A DNA stretch of 64,000 nt from Octopus vulgaris (taxonomy: Eukaryota), in the NCBI GenBank assembly GCA_951406725.2, contig OX597822.1, positions 99,138,001-99,202,000 of the forward strand, given 5' to 3'. Positions 25,913 to 38,825 of the stretch are shown here, piece by piece; position 1 is the stretch's first letter; the number at the start of each line of letters is the position of its first letter. Position numbers and translations under genes: made by a program. Below the pieces are notes generated by a model that did not search any database, was not told where the DNA came from, and saw only the letters and a list, made by a program, of their open reading frames with translations.

Positions 25913-26786
25913 TTACTTCCGCCTTAGCGAAGGCGGAGGTATTGTTTTCAGCCATGTTTGTTTGTCTGTGGACAAGATATCTCAAGAACCGCTTGATGGA
26001 TTTGGATGAAACTTTCAGGGATGTTTGGCCTCGTGATTGGCACAAACTGATTAGATTTTGGGATCGATCTGGTACCGGACAAGGATTCTGGATTATTTGT
26101 TATATTTACTGTGGGATGACGTCAGCAGCTGGGGAAGAGGGGGGGGGGCTGACCGGAAGAGGTGGGGCAGGAGTGACGCGCGCGCAGGCAGGGCAGCATT
26201 GGGCCTTTCGATCGATGTAACCGCGGAAGTCAGACATATGAGCTCGTTGTTAAGGTAGGGGAAAAGCAGCTGCTATTTCTAGTGTTCGGGTCGAGCTGTA
26301 TGGAAGAGTGCATTACCACTGAAAGGTCTCCGTCGAGCGAAGAGAAGGTAGGTGTCCTTATTTCAAATCTCTCGCATACACCACATTTACTTCACTTTAC
26401 ATGATTATGATCTTACGTTAACTTTCAAGTGTTTCTCAATTATCTCCCTTTAGGCTGTAACTATTTTAAATGGTGAATTTGTTAACTTTGGCTTGTTGTA
26501 GATAAGGATAAACCATTTATTACTGTTACTAAATTTTCTACAACCACCTTCACATACCATAACTACTATTGGGATCGTTCAGGTACCAGACAAGGATTCT
26601 GGATTATTTTCCCGTCTTTTTTACTTAATTTTGGAGAGCAGTTGGGTTCATTTTTAGTATTCTTGTTTGTGAGAGCAGTCGAGTTTATTTCAGATAGTCT
26701 CATTTTAAAAATCATCTCTGGCTAATCGTTGAGAGGACAGTGGTGTTGCCTTGGTGGACGTTTGCGCTCTCTGAGTGTGCTTTGTT
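25913..26786 (+). mobile_element. Helentron-associated (HINE/DINE-like) non-autonomous element containing an LTR-like insert
   Basis: 5' TTACTTCCGCCTTAGCGAAGGCGGAGG hairpin, GTTT/GTCT microsatellite, GATGGATTTGGATGAAACTTTCAGG core, and 3' GCCTTGGTGGACG..CGCTCTCTGAGTG. Confidence 0.7.
26110..26560 (+). mobile_element. Solo-LTR-like sequence; a related 5' end lies at 17345-~17420
   Basis: Both copies begin TGTGGGATGACGTCAGCAGCTGGGGA...CTGACCGGAA with a GC-rich promoter-like 5' part; the 3' boundary is uncertain. Confidence 0.5.
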
Positions 26787-26812
26787 ATAACTGCTTTTTG
26801 AATCACTTTCAC

Positions 26813-27780
26813 TCACACTAGATTTGCGCATACCATCACTTGTAGACGTGATCGCCTGTTCACTAGCACTCGTTGACAGTCTTGTAGATATTTTTTTAAA
26901 AACGAGTCTAGAAGCTTATTTTGCTCTCTAAAAATGTATCGGTGACATGCAGAAGCATTTGTTATGGTAGTAGAAACTTTTGCACTCCGTTCAAATTTTG
27001 GATCTTGTGCTTGACCGTTTTCCAAGGCTCTATCCAAATGTTGAAATGCTTCCACGAGTCCTTTCAATGTTAATGCATTCGCTGGGGCTTCATCGGCAGC
27101 GTCCTTTTTCTCTTCTATTGTTGCCTGTTCTTGCATTGCAATAAGCTCTTTGTTGATGAGTATGCCACTGTGATTGAAGCAGCTCATCCACGTTACTTGT
27201 TGACATGTTGAGATTCAATTCATTTGCCAGGTTTATAATTTCTTCTGTTTCTTTTTTGGATGTAGAGAAGAAATTTTGAGAATTTAGATGTAGAGAAAAT
27301 AAGAAGAATATTGAACTTATTTGATAACCAGTTGATCTAGCAAGCGGGGCCACATATCAGTGAGTGGGGGCGGGGCGGTGCGCATTGATGCCGCCGAGAG
27401 GTAGGCCCCGAAACGGCGCACATTCTCTCCTGATGAACCCATACACTTGCTGGATTCCGGTATGCGGAAATTTTGACTGGTAGCACTTGCATGTGCAAGT
27501 TGTTTGCAAGACATCATGTACATTTTCTTGTAGTGATTCAAAACCCTCGAAATCATTAAGAAATTGAGGGCAAAAATTTTTCCAAATGCCCTTCATATTC
27601 TTTTGAGTGATGTTATCCCACGCTTTTCCTATGATTTTTACTGTGGTATAAATGTTGTGATTTTCCAGCCGATCCCCCATTTTTGTCTGTTTCTTATTTT
27701 TGTTTTTCTTTGAGAATTGTGCCAACAGTTGACAAGTTAAGTGAAAATTTGTCACAAATGTTTTTCTCAGTTGTACCGCC
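26813..27780 (-). pseudogene. Tigger/pogo (TIGD1-like) transposase C-terminal remnant with frameshifts and an insertion
   Basis: KAWDNITQKNMKGIWKNFCPQFLNDFEGF; EEIINLANELNL..VDELLQS; LTLKGLVEAFQHL..QDPKFERSAKV..YIFREQ..LDSFLKK. Confidence 0.85.
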
Positions 27781-29109
27781 ATCGTGCATTTTTACAAATT
27801 CATAATTCATTTCCAAACGGATGGTTTTGCGTTTCTTTTTGTTCCCATCGGTGTGCGTTGTACACTTTCATGGTACTTGTATCGCAGAGTGGTCCCGGTT
27901 TGCGCACACGTGGATTCGCGCGTGCGCGCTAGCCAGACGTAGGTTTCAAATGACGCCACCCCGCTGGCTAAGCGAGCAGGCCAACAGAAGAAAGAGTGAG
28001 AGAAAGTTGTGGCGAAAGAGTACAGCAGGGATCGCCACCATCCCCTGCCGACTGGCTTCTGTGCCGGTGGCACATAAAAAGCACCATCCGAACATGGCCG
28101 TTGCCAGCGCCGCCTTGGCTGGCTTCCGTGTCGGTGGCACGTTAAAAGCTCCAACCGATCGTGGCCGATGCCGGACCCCCCTGGCACCTGTGCGGGTGGC
28201 ACGTAAAAAGCACCCACTACACTCGCGGAGTAGTTGGCGTTAGGAAGGGCATCCAGCTGTAGAAACTCTGCCAGATCAGACTGGAGCCTGGTGCATCTCC
28301 TGGCTTCCCAGACCCCGGTCGAACCGTCCAACCCGTGCTAGCGCGGAAAACGGACGTTAAACGATGATGATGATGATATATGATGAGCTTCTTTCAATTT
28401 CCATCTATCAAATCCCCTCACAAGGCTTTGGTTGGCCCAAGGCTATCGTAGAAAGCACTTGCCCAAGGCAAGCTTCTTACCACACAGCCACGCCTGCGTA
28501 CACTCACACAACAACAAAGACAAAAGTACTTGGCATAAGTTTAACCTTTTATTCATTATTCCTATTAACTTTCTTAGCATATCCCTAAGAGATCCAACAC
28601 AATCGTCTTTGGTAATCAAAGTCAACAAGGTGCTGATAAATATATGAATCTTTACGTACATAGATATACGTGACAATTGATATTGGGCAAGAAGCTGGGG
28701 TTTTTTTAAGCCAAAGAGTAATAATTCTTAAGCCTTGGGTTTCACAGATAGCTGGTTCGATAGGATGCTTGTTGAAGAAATGATTTCCCAAATATTCTTG
28801 CAGACTATTACTCAAGTGAAGAAGATAAACTTCAAAAAAATTCTTTGGAAACATGTTATGGAGACGCTTCTAGTTATCTGTAGCCATTGCTTACAGAATG
28901 TTCCTATTCGTAAAGGCAGTGAGCTGGCAGAGTTGTTAGCTCACCAGACAAAATGCTTAGCGGTTGAGGTTTGACTTGGCCTTTCATTCTTCTGGAGTCG
29001 ATAAAATAAGTACCAGTTGAGCACCTAGGTCAATGTAATAGACTTAATCTCTCCCTGAAATTGCTGGCCTTGTGTCAAAATTTGAAACCATTGTTATTAT
29101 TACTGTAGT

Positions 29110-29370
29110 ATAAAAAAGTATTATAAAAGGAGAAAGGGGCTCTCTACCCACCTTTTGACCAGGCTCCCGTGGCTTTTATGGGTTTTTCCACGAGTAACCT
29201 TTTGAAGCACCTCCCCCTATTGGGAATTTCAATTGTTATATTTTCTCTGGAATTTTTACATGGTTTTTTTGCAAACAGACAAAACCCTTTGTAACTTTCG
29301 TCCTGTGTTTTGTCCCTTTATGTTTTAATTAATTTTTGTCAGCCCTTGTGGCCAATAAACGAATTAATTA
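29110..29370 (+). mobile_element. Probable LINE 3' UTR fragment
   Basis: Ends TCAGCCCTTGTGGCCAATAAACGAATTAATTATTATT, resembling the tail of the Meta-type SINE. Confidence 0.5.
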
Positions 29371-29972
29371 TTATTATTACTGAAGACGGCGAGCTGGCAG
29401 AATTGTTAGCGCACTGGATGAAATACTTAGTGGTATTTTGCCTGTTGCTACGTTCTGAGTTCAAATTCTGCCGTGGTTGACTTTGCCTTTCATTCTTTTG
29501 CGGTTGATAAATTAAGTACCAGTGAAACACTGGGATTGATGTAATCGACTAGTTCCCTCCCCAGAAATTGGTGGTCTTGTGCCTCCAGTAGAAAGGATTA
29601 TTATTATTATAAACTAATATAAACTAATATAAACTATCGTCGTTGTGATGTAATGACTATCCCCCTCACGCAAATTTCAGGTTAGGTTTTGTGCCTATTG
29701 TAGAAAGGATTATTATTATTAAAGTGGTGAGCTGGCAGAATTGTTAGCACGTCGGACAAAATGCCCAGTAGCATTTCTCCGAGCTTTTTATTTTCCAAGT
29801 TCAAATCCTGCTAAGGTCAACTTTGCTTTTTATCTTTTGGAGTTAATAAAACAAGTACCACTGACACGGAAGTTGGGGTGTGGAGTCAATATAATCAACT
29901 TATCTCTTTACTAAAATTGCTGGCCTTGTGCCAAAATGTGAAACCATCATTTTATTATTATTATTTGTAGTA

Positions 29973-30381
29973 GGCACAGGAGTGGCTGTGTGGTAAGTAG
30001 CTTGCTAACCAGCCACATGGTTCTGGGTTCAGTCCCACTGCGTGGCACCTTGGGTAAGTGTCTTCTGCTATAGCCCCGGGCCGACCAATGCCTTGTGAGT
30101 GGATTTGGTAGACGGAAACTGAAAGAAGCCCATCGTATATATGTGTATATATATGTGTGTGTGTATATGTTTGTGTGTCTGTGTCTGTCTTCCCAACATC
30201 ACTTTACAACCGATGCTGGTGTGTTTACGTCCCCGTAACTTAGCGGTTCGGCAAAAGAGTCCTATAGAATAAGTACTAGGCTTACAAAGAATAAGTCCTG
30301 GGGTCGATTTGCTCGACTAAAGGCGGTGCTCCAGCATGGCCGCAGTCAAATGACTGAAACAAGTAAAAGAGTAAAAGAGAG
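29973..30381 (+). mobile_element. Full-length SINE family B
   Basis: Intact tRNA-like head, internal (TA/TG)n, and 3' tail ...GTCAAATGACTGAAACAAGTAAAAGAGTAAAAG. Confidence 0.9.
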
Positions 30382-33246
30382 TAGTAGTAGTAGTAGTAGT
30401 AGCAAGGCAAATGCGGTGAGTTGGCAGGATTGTTAGCATGTCGGACAAAATGCTTAGCTGCGTTTCATCTGCCTTTCTATTCTGGTTCAAATTCCACAGA
30501 GCTCGACTCTGCCTTTCACCATTTCAGGGTCGATGTAATCAACTAGCCTTTCCTGTAAAATTTAAGGTTTCATGCCAATGGTAGAAAGGCTTTTCAATAA
30601 TAAAGCAGCGAGCTGGCAAAATTGTTACTACACAAAAAAAAAAAAAAAAACAGCACAGTGGCTTGTCTTGCGGCTTTACGTTCTGAATTCAAATTCCACT
30701 AAGGTCAATTATACATTTCATCCTTTCAGTGTTGATAAAATAAAACACCTTCCCCAAATATCAGGCCTTGTGCCAAAATTTGAAATAACACTTTACTCTC
30801 TCTTTTACTTGTTTCAGTCATTTGACTGCGGCCATGCTGGAGCACCGCCTTTAATCGAGCAACTCGACCCTGGGACTTATTCATTGTAAGCCCAGTACTT
30901 ATTCTATCGGTCTCTTTTGCCGAACTGCTAAGTGACGGGGATGTAAATACACCAGCATCGGTTGTCAAGCGATGCTAGGGGGACAAACACAGACACACAA
31001 ATACACACACACATACATATATACGACAGGCTTCTTTCAGTTTCCGTCTACCAAATCCACTCACAAGGCATTGGTCAGCCCGGGGCTATAGCAGAAGACA
31101 CTTGCACAAGATGCCACGCAGTGGGACTGAACCCGGAACCATGTGGTTGGTTAGCAAGCTACTTACCACACAGCCACTCCTACGCCTATAACTTTGTAAC
31201 AAAATCATTATTTTTTTATGTCTTTGGTCAGTAAGTGTTATTTAATATTTGTTTCTATCTAGAAATCAAAGGAAATGACAACTATTCTCTTCAAACTTTG
31301 CTTTTGTGATCTAGACATCAATGTTTTGAAACTAACCTATTTTCCATTACATTTCACACAAATTCAGTGCCGAGTTGCTGAAGCAGAAATATCATTACAG
31401 CAAGTATTCTGCTCAATTGCACAGATTTGCTTGTCAGTTGTTTGACTATAGCCAGTTGAGCATGTCCCTTAGTGGCTGACAATATGTGCATCTCTGATCA
31501 TAGCAGAAATAGTGGGGGATCTTCATAGAAATATGTTGAGAAAGATTTTTTGGGGGTTTGAATAAATGTAACAAAAGCAAAGTCTGTAGGCAATATTAGC
31601 CATTTCTAGGAGTAAGCAAACAGGAAATAACTGTTGCTAACCTGAAGGCAAAAATCGTGTTACACAGCGTAATTAGTATTTTGGAATACTGGCCTTGACT
31701 GGCCTCCGTGCCGGTGGCACGTAAAATACACCAATCCGACCGTGGCCGTTGCCAGCCTCACCTGGCACCTGTGCAGGTGGCACGTAAAAAGGACCCACTA
31801 CACTCACGGAGTGGTTGGCGTTAGGAAGGGCATCCAGCTGTAGAAACATTGCCAGATAAGACTGGAGCCTGGTGCAGCCTTCTGGCTTCCCAGATCCCTG
31901 GTCGAACCGTCCAACCCATGCTAGCATGGAGAACGGACGTTAAACGATGATGATGATGATGATGAATCTAGCTTGGTGTTTTGCTGTGAGATGTTCTTTT
32001 AACAGAATCTTAACCATAAAAAGTGGAACATGCAATTATAAATTACATTTGACGTGCAGACACTTTGTGTTAAGAAATAAGCGAACCTGAAGTCGAGGGG
32101 TTGACAGAATCGAACAGCAGAAATATATGTCAACACTAAAGCAATAAGAGACATGCATTTTGTACACCAGACTGTTAACTAGCAAGTCTGGATAATTGAG
32201 TAATTTTTCATAACATCATATTGCAGAGGCTGCTATATTGGATTAATGGCAGAAATAGCATGTCATATTTATAAATCTCTCAAGACTTACCGATGAAATG
32301 TTCCGACTTAATTGAATTTCTCACAAATGTTGCAGCATTGTATGATAAGTGTCAGCTTATAGTAAGAGTGCATTGTTGGTTAGAGATAAAAATAATAGCG
32401 TTTATTTTTCTCGACACTCCATATTAACAGCTTAATTTAATGTTATATCTTATAAAATGATATACATTTGTAGACATACATTATATATATATATATATAT
32501 ATATGTTCTCTATATGTATTTGATAGCTTTCTTTCCTTGTCTTTCCATGTAGAAAAATGACACAATCAAAATAAATGATAATGTATCAAGATTCTGTATT
32601 GCTTTCCCTTTTTATCTTGGTAAAGACAACAGTTGGGCTTATTTAATTGGAAGTTTTCTGCAGACACAGTGTGATCCAAAAAACAAACAGAAAAACACAC
32701 AAAGAACAAAGCATGATAGATATATTTAATTATCACTTGAGGTATGCATTGAGTGACCTACGCAGATGTGCCCTAGCATGGCCAGCATTTAATGACAGAA
32801 ACAAGGAATGAATATATATATATATATTACTCTTTTACTTGTTTCAGTCATTTGGCTGTGGCCATGTCAAACAAATCAACCCAAGGACTTATTCTTTGTA
32901 AGCCTAGTACTTATTCTATCGGTCTCTTTTGCCAAATCGCTAAGTTACAGGGATATAAACATACCAGCATCAATTGTCAAGCGATATTTTTTTCTTGGTG
33001 GGGAACAAAGACAGACACACAAATACAAACATGTATATATATATATAAAACAACACGAGGACGTGGTACATGTAAAGTAGATGCTCAGGGAAAGAAAAAT
33101 AGTTTTACATTTTGATTGTGTCCCTTTCTGTAGAAGAGCGTAGGCTCGAAACATAAAAGACTTTTTCTATTCCTGAGCGTTATACTAATACATCTGTTTG
33201 TTTTGTACACCACCTGTCTTCGTCTTTTGTTTTTTTCGTAAACTCT

Positions 33247-33284
<38 letters not shown>

Positions 33285-36217
33285 CAGTCTTCTTTCAGTT
33301 TCCATCTACCAAATCCATTCACAAGGCTTTGGTTGATCTAAGGCTATAATAGAAGACACCCAAGGTGCCATGTAGTGGGACTGAACATGGAACCATGTGG
33401 TTGGGAAGCAAGCTTCTTACTACACAGCCACTCCTGTGCTTATGAGCTTTCACCCTTGCAGTACTCAAGAAGATTTGTCTTTCAGAGCAGAAGTGTTAAT
33501 ACTGCTCTCCCTGCTGAAGGGGATAGGTCTGCAAGAGACCTGTGCTAGTGCCATGTAAAAACACCCAACACACTCTGTAAAGTGGTTGGTGCTAGGAAGG
33601 GCATCCAGCCATAGAAACCAAACCAAATCAGGCTGGAACCTAGCGCAGCCCTCCTGCTTGCCAGCTCTGGTCAAACGGTCCAACTCATATCAGTATGGAA
33701 AATGACGGACATTAAAGGAGGAAGATGATGTATGTATATACACTCACATTTATTTCCATATAGAAAATTGATGTATAAACATCATCCACACTAACTGATG
33801 GATGGCAAAATGACATGGCAAGATGAAAGAGACGATACTGTTTCTAAATCATCTCAATGGATAATAGAGCATGAAAATGCAGCCAAGGAAGAACATACAA
33901 GAGCTAGTGTATATGTCCTTAGTGAAAACATTAAATGTAACTATGCAAAGAACCTTTACACAAGGTAAATCTGCACTGCATCTAAGAATAAATCCACAGT
34001 AATTAAGAGCTAAGAGCTCAATGAATAGCAAGCTGTTAAACTTCAACGTGTTTATTACATCATCATTATCATCATCGTTTAACGTCTGCTTTCCATGCTA
34101 GCATGGGTTGGACGATTTTGACTGAGGGCTGGCAAACCAGATGGCTGCACCAAGCTCCAATCTTGATCTGGCAGAGTTTCTACAGCTGGATGCCCTTCCT
34201 AACACCTACCACTCCGAGAGTGTAGTGGGTGCTTATGTGCCACCGACACGGGGGCCAGTCAGGCAGTACTGGCAACGGCCTCGCTCGAATCTTTTTACAC
34301 ATGCTACCGGCACAGGTGCCAGTATGGCGACGCTGGTAACAATCACGCTTGAATGGTGCCCTTTTACGTGCCCACCGGCACAGAAGCTAGTTAGCCACTC
34401 TGGCCCAGTTAGCCACTTGCATGTATGTATATAATCGGCTAAAGTGATTTTTAAGTCATATATTTGGCATAAATTTCGTACTTTGTGTGAATTGTATGAT
34501 CTATATGTGAAATTTGTTTTTCTGCTCCACACAGACACACACACACACATACTACTTCCCAACCATGTGGTGTTGTGCTCAATCCCAATGTCCAGCATGT
34601 GGGCAAGTGAGTTGTCAACCCACATCTGTTTCCAAGAAAGGTAATATTTCCCTATGACCAGACATTTTTTTTTTTTATGGAAGGTTGGAAACAAACGACA
34701 CCACTTGTATGACAGTGGCACTCATTTACAAATATTATGCAATGTCAAAGTAAGGAAGAGCATCCAGCTGTAGAAACACTGCCAGGTCAGACTGGAGCCT
34801 GATGCAGCCTCTGGCTCGCCAGTCCTCAGTCAAATTGTCCAAATCATGCCAGCATGGAAAGTGGGCATTAAATGATGATGATGATGTATATCATCATCAT
34901 CATCATCGTTTAACGTCCGCTTTCCATGCTAGCATGGGTTGGATGATTTTGACAGGTCTGGCGAGCCAGATGGCTGCACCTGGCTCCAATCTTGATCTGG
35001 CAGAGTTTCTACAGCTGGATGCCCTTCCTAACGCCAATCACTCTGAGAGTGTAGTGGGTGCTTTTATGTGCCACTGGCATGAGGTATATATATATATACT
35101 CTTTTACTCTTTTACTTGTTTCAGTCATTTGACTGTGGCCATGCTGGAGCACCGCCTTTAATCGAGCAACTCGACCCCGGCACTTATTCTTTGTAAGCCC
35201 AGTACTTATTCTATCGGTCTCTTTTGCCGAACCGCTATATACATGTATATGTGTGTGTTTTTTTTTTGTGTCAGTGTTTGTTCCCCACCACTGCTTGACA
35301 ACCAGTATTGGTGTATTTATGCCTCTGTGACTTAACAGTTTGGCAAAATGTGACTGATAGAATAAGTACTAAGCTTAAGATAAAATAAGTCCTGTTGTTG
35401 AGTTGTTCAACTAGAATCCTTCAAGGAGGTGCCCCAACATGGCCACCTCCTTGAAGGATTTTAGTTGAACAACTCAATACCAAGACTTATTCTATCTTAA
35501 GCCTAGTGCTTATTCTATGTAGACGTTTGCTGAGCCTTGCGATGTTAAGCCGAAATTAATACGTAGTAGGACAATGGTAGTCAACGGTAGTTTGTACATA
35601 TTTTTTACAACATTTCTTTTATGTTACCCTTAAGTTATTTTTACTTTGTAAATTTTTAATTTCTATCATTTGTATTATTTGTAAATTTTCTTTTTGCATT
35701 TTGTCATTCGTACTATACCTTTTATTCAAAAATATTTGGCATTCTTTAATTTTTATTCAAATATATTTATTTGTCATTGCTTTCATTATTATATCATCAC
35801 AAGTATATATTTCATTTTTATCCCTACATATTATTAATTTTATATGAATGTTTACAGACATAAGTTACATGAGAATTTAGTTTTTGTAAATTTTAAAATT
35901 TTTATTTGTATTTTTTATTTTTATTAAGTTTATTTGAATTAAATTATGGCTTGCACAGTAAGGCCCTGCGAACCTATTTACACATACACATACTTATATG
36001 TTAAAATTAAAATATAGTATTTGGTATAGAACTATGATAAAGTTATTTAGAGGCCTGATGATTGGGGTTGCATTTTAAGAAAAGTTCCTGTAAAACACTG
36101 CGTGCTTAAGGAACCATAAAAGAACCTCAAGAAACACGTGTAGCAGAGAAATGAGTAGTAAGTATTAAATTAAAATTCTTTTATATGGTGGGGTGAAGGG
36201 GACTACTATCTCTAAAT

Positions 36218-36273
<56 letters not shown>

Positions 36274-36303
36274 AATTTTAAAATACCTCAAACTAAGCTT
36301 GTA

Positions 36304-37155
36304 TGAAGTTGTATCAAAAAGTTCCCAAACTAATATTGTAGTGCAACAACAGATGGCAGCACACAGTTGCCTGCACAGTAAGAGCTAGCAGTAACCTTCA
36401 TGAGGCAGTGTGCTGAGTGACATCACTGTGTTTATTTCACAAGTTGTGAAATTTGTGATTTTGTGATCACATGTAAGCTGTTGTCTGTGATTTTTGTCAT
36501 GGAGAGGAAGTTGGAACAAAGAGCAAACATGAAATTTTGCATTAAACTTGGAAAGTCTGCTACAGAGACATCGAGCATACTTCAACAAGCTTACAGTGAC
36601 AAGGTAATGGGGTTATATGCAATGTTTCAAGTGGCATGGGAGCTTCAAAATCAGAAGAACGTCTTCGGAAAATGATGGGCGATCTGGGAGACTGACCACG
36701 AGCAACACCCCTGGAAATGTCGAGAAAATTCCTCAGCTTATGCATGAGAATTGTGGGAGGACAATCAATGATGTTTTGAAGCTTTTGAGGGAGGATATTC
36801 AGCAGAAGCGACAGGATCAGTGGAGTGTGAAGAAACCAATTCTTCCCGATGACAAGGCACCTTGTCACTGAGCTCTCATCACTCAGGAGTTTCTTGCCAA
36901 AAACAACATGGTATTGCTTCTGCACCTGCCCTATTCGCCTGTTGTTTTAACACTGTTATCAAAATTAAGAGCGAATTGCAAAATGTCCTTGACTCACTTA
37001 CAGAAAACAACTTCCAGGCTGGATTCCAAAACTGGCAGGAATGTTGGGGCTGGTGTATTGCTGTGCAAGGTGACTATTTCGAAGATGATGCTAAAACTTA
37101 GGTAAAGAAGTTAATTTTTATTAAACTAGTCTGGGAACTTTTTAATACCACCTCG
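36304..37155 (+). mobile_element. Internally deleted mariner element, ~185 bp past the TRPM stop codon
   Basis: TA-flanked TIRs TGAAGTTGTATCAAAAAGTTCCCAAACTA and TAGTCTGGGAACTTTTTAATACCACCTCG. Broken transposase fragments EQRANMKFCIKLGKSATET, RSGR, DDKAPCH, HLPYSP and WCIAVQGDYFE. Confidence 0.9.
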
Positions 37156-37339
37156 TAATTATATTTTTTCAAAGAAATTAACAGTAGAAAGCAGATGTTT
37201 CCATTTTTTCCCACAATAAAGATACAAAAGAAAAAACAAACTTGTAATCTGTAATTTTGTTTTTATTTGTTTAATGACAAATAGATACATTTTAATAATA
37301 CATGTAAAATAACGAAGCCTCACCTAAAACAGTGAATAA

Positions 37340-38825
37340 TTAACATTGTGGGTCTCGATCACTGTCGCAGCTACTGCCTTTGTCAATGGATGCACGAATG
37401 ACTTTGATTTCGATATTTTTTAAGGATCTATCAACTGAAGAGCTTTTAAAGTCTTTATTCTCTACCGTGACCTGCGGTATACATGCAGGCCTGTTTACAA
37501 GTGTTATGTCCTCTTCGTCGACATCCACTACTGCATCAGGTGGTGTGTGCTTTTGGTTACCTTCCATTTCAGAGACCACAATTTTGGCAATGTCACTAAT
37601 GCTATCGGTATCATCAAGTGAAATCTGACGCAACCGGTTGCGAATGACCCGTTCCATTCGATGGTGTTCGACTTCTTCTGCTTGTTTCAACGCTTTTTCT
37701 TCACTGTTCCAGAAATATTTCTCATCTTGATCGGAAAAAAATATACTACTTGTTGCGGGACTAGATGTGTCCATTAAGTATGATGTATCAATATCATCTG
37801 TAATGGTTGTGTATTCTGGATTCAAAGAAGTTAAAAGAGATGGCATTTGGCCTGCGGAGGTCCCTGCTTGGTATTTTTCATATACACTGAAGGAACCAAA
37901 CGTAACACTACTCGATGGTGAATTTGGGGTGTCAAGAGGGGAAACTGGTGTGTGACCAATGATAGCACCAGATTGGCTTTCAGCATCACGATTAAATTGA
38001 GTATCTTTTGGTTTCAAGAGATCAAGAGTCATAGTTTTGCCAGGAACTAAGGTAGCAGTGCGAGTATCAGACTCAATGGGAGCAGTGCTGTAAACACTTT
38101 TCTCTGGTAATGCCTCATTGAATTTCACTGAAGAAGCATTACACGTGGTTGGTGATAGATTTGGTGGAGAGTTATTGGAATTAAAACAGTCCTCTTGGAT
38201 TTCTTCCGGCCGTAAGTTGACGTGTAGGTTTGCAGTGACGTTACGTCGTTTCTGTAATTTTGACATGTTTAGATTAGAACTAGGTTCACCTGTACAATCT
38301 GTATCATAATTCTGCAAAGACGCTTTCTGCATGGCGTCATGAAACTGGAAAAGAGATGGCCGTTTCATTTGTAAAGGACTGGTGTTGGCAAATTTAGGGC
38401 TACGGCTACAAAGACTCCAAGAACGTTTTAAACCAATAGATGGGCTTCTTTTGCTTAGCAATGAAGGTCGATGATCAGAAAGTCTACCCATACGATTTGA
38501 AACACTACCCCTTTTAGATAAACTCGGTCTAAATAATGAAGGTGCTGCGAGTTGATCTTTCTGAGGGTAAGTGGTTTTTGGACTACTGTTATCTTCTGTT
38601 GGTTGAAGAGATTCATCACTGGTATAGTCTATGTTTGTGTCTGCATCAGAGAAGACTGGATGCCGCTCGGTTGTTATAACTTCCTCTATAACAGCAAGAG
38701 AGTCGCCCATCTGGGCAGCAATTTCTTCTAACCTACTTAATCTATAATCAATGGTTTGATGAGACAGTTTTATTGCATTCTCTTTGGTATACATGTCTTC
38801 CATGCGTGTTGTGATACTATCAACC
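37340..38825 (-). CDS. TRPM: TRPM-like channel terminal coding exon (tetramerisation coiled coil plus long Ser/Pro-rich disordered tail)
   Basis: Acceptor tttgcag|G completes Arg; continues VDSITTRMEDMYTKENAIKLSHQTIDYRLSRLEE... to the TAA stop at 37340-37342. Includes the 487-aa ORF and an EYTTITDDIDT motif resembling the TRPM1/3 tail. Confidence 0.92.

Noticed and set aside
27807-28331. 174-aa ORF and similar LQLDALPNANHS ORFs elsewhere
   Set aside because: Antisense reading of the repeated LINE 3' UTR, not a host gene.
28680-28910. Possible hAT-like transposase fragment
   Set aside because: No diagnostic motif or TIR could be confirmed.
37340-38803. Stand-alone 487-aa gene, or an alpha-kinase/NUDT9-H chanzyme domain
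   Set aside because: It splices in frame to the upstream TRPM exon, and the tail is low-complexity with no enzyme motifs.
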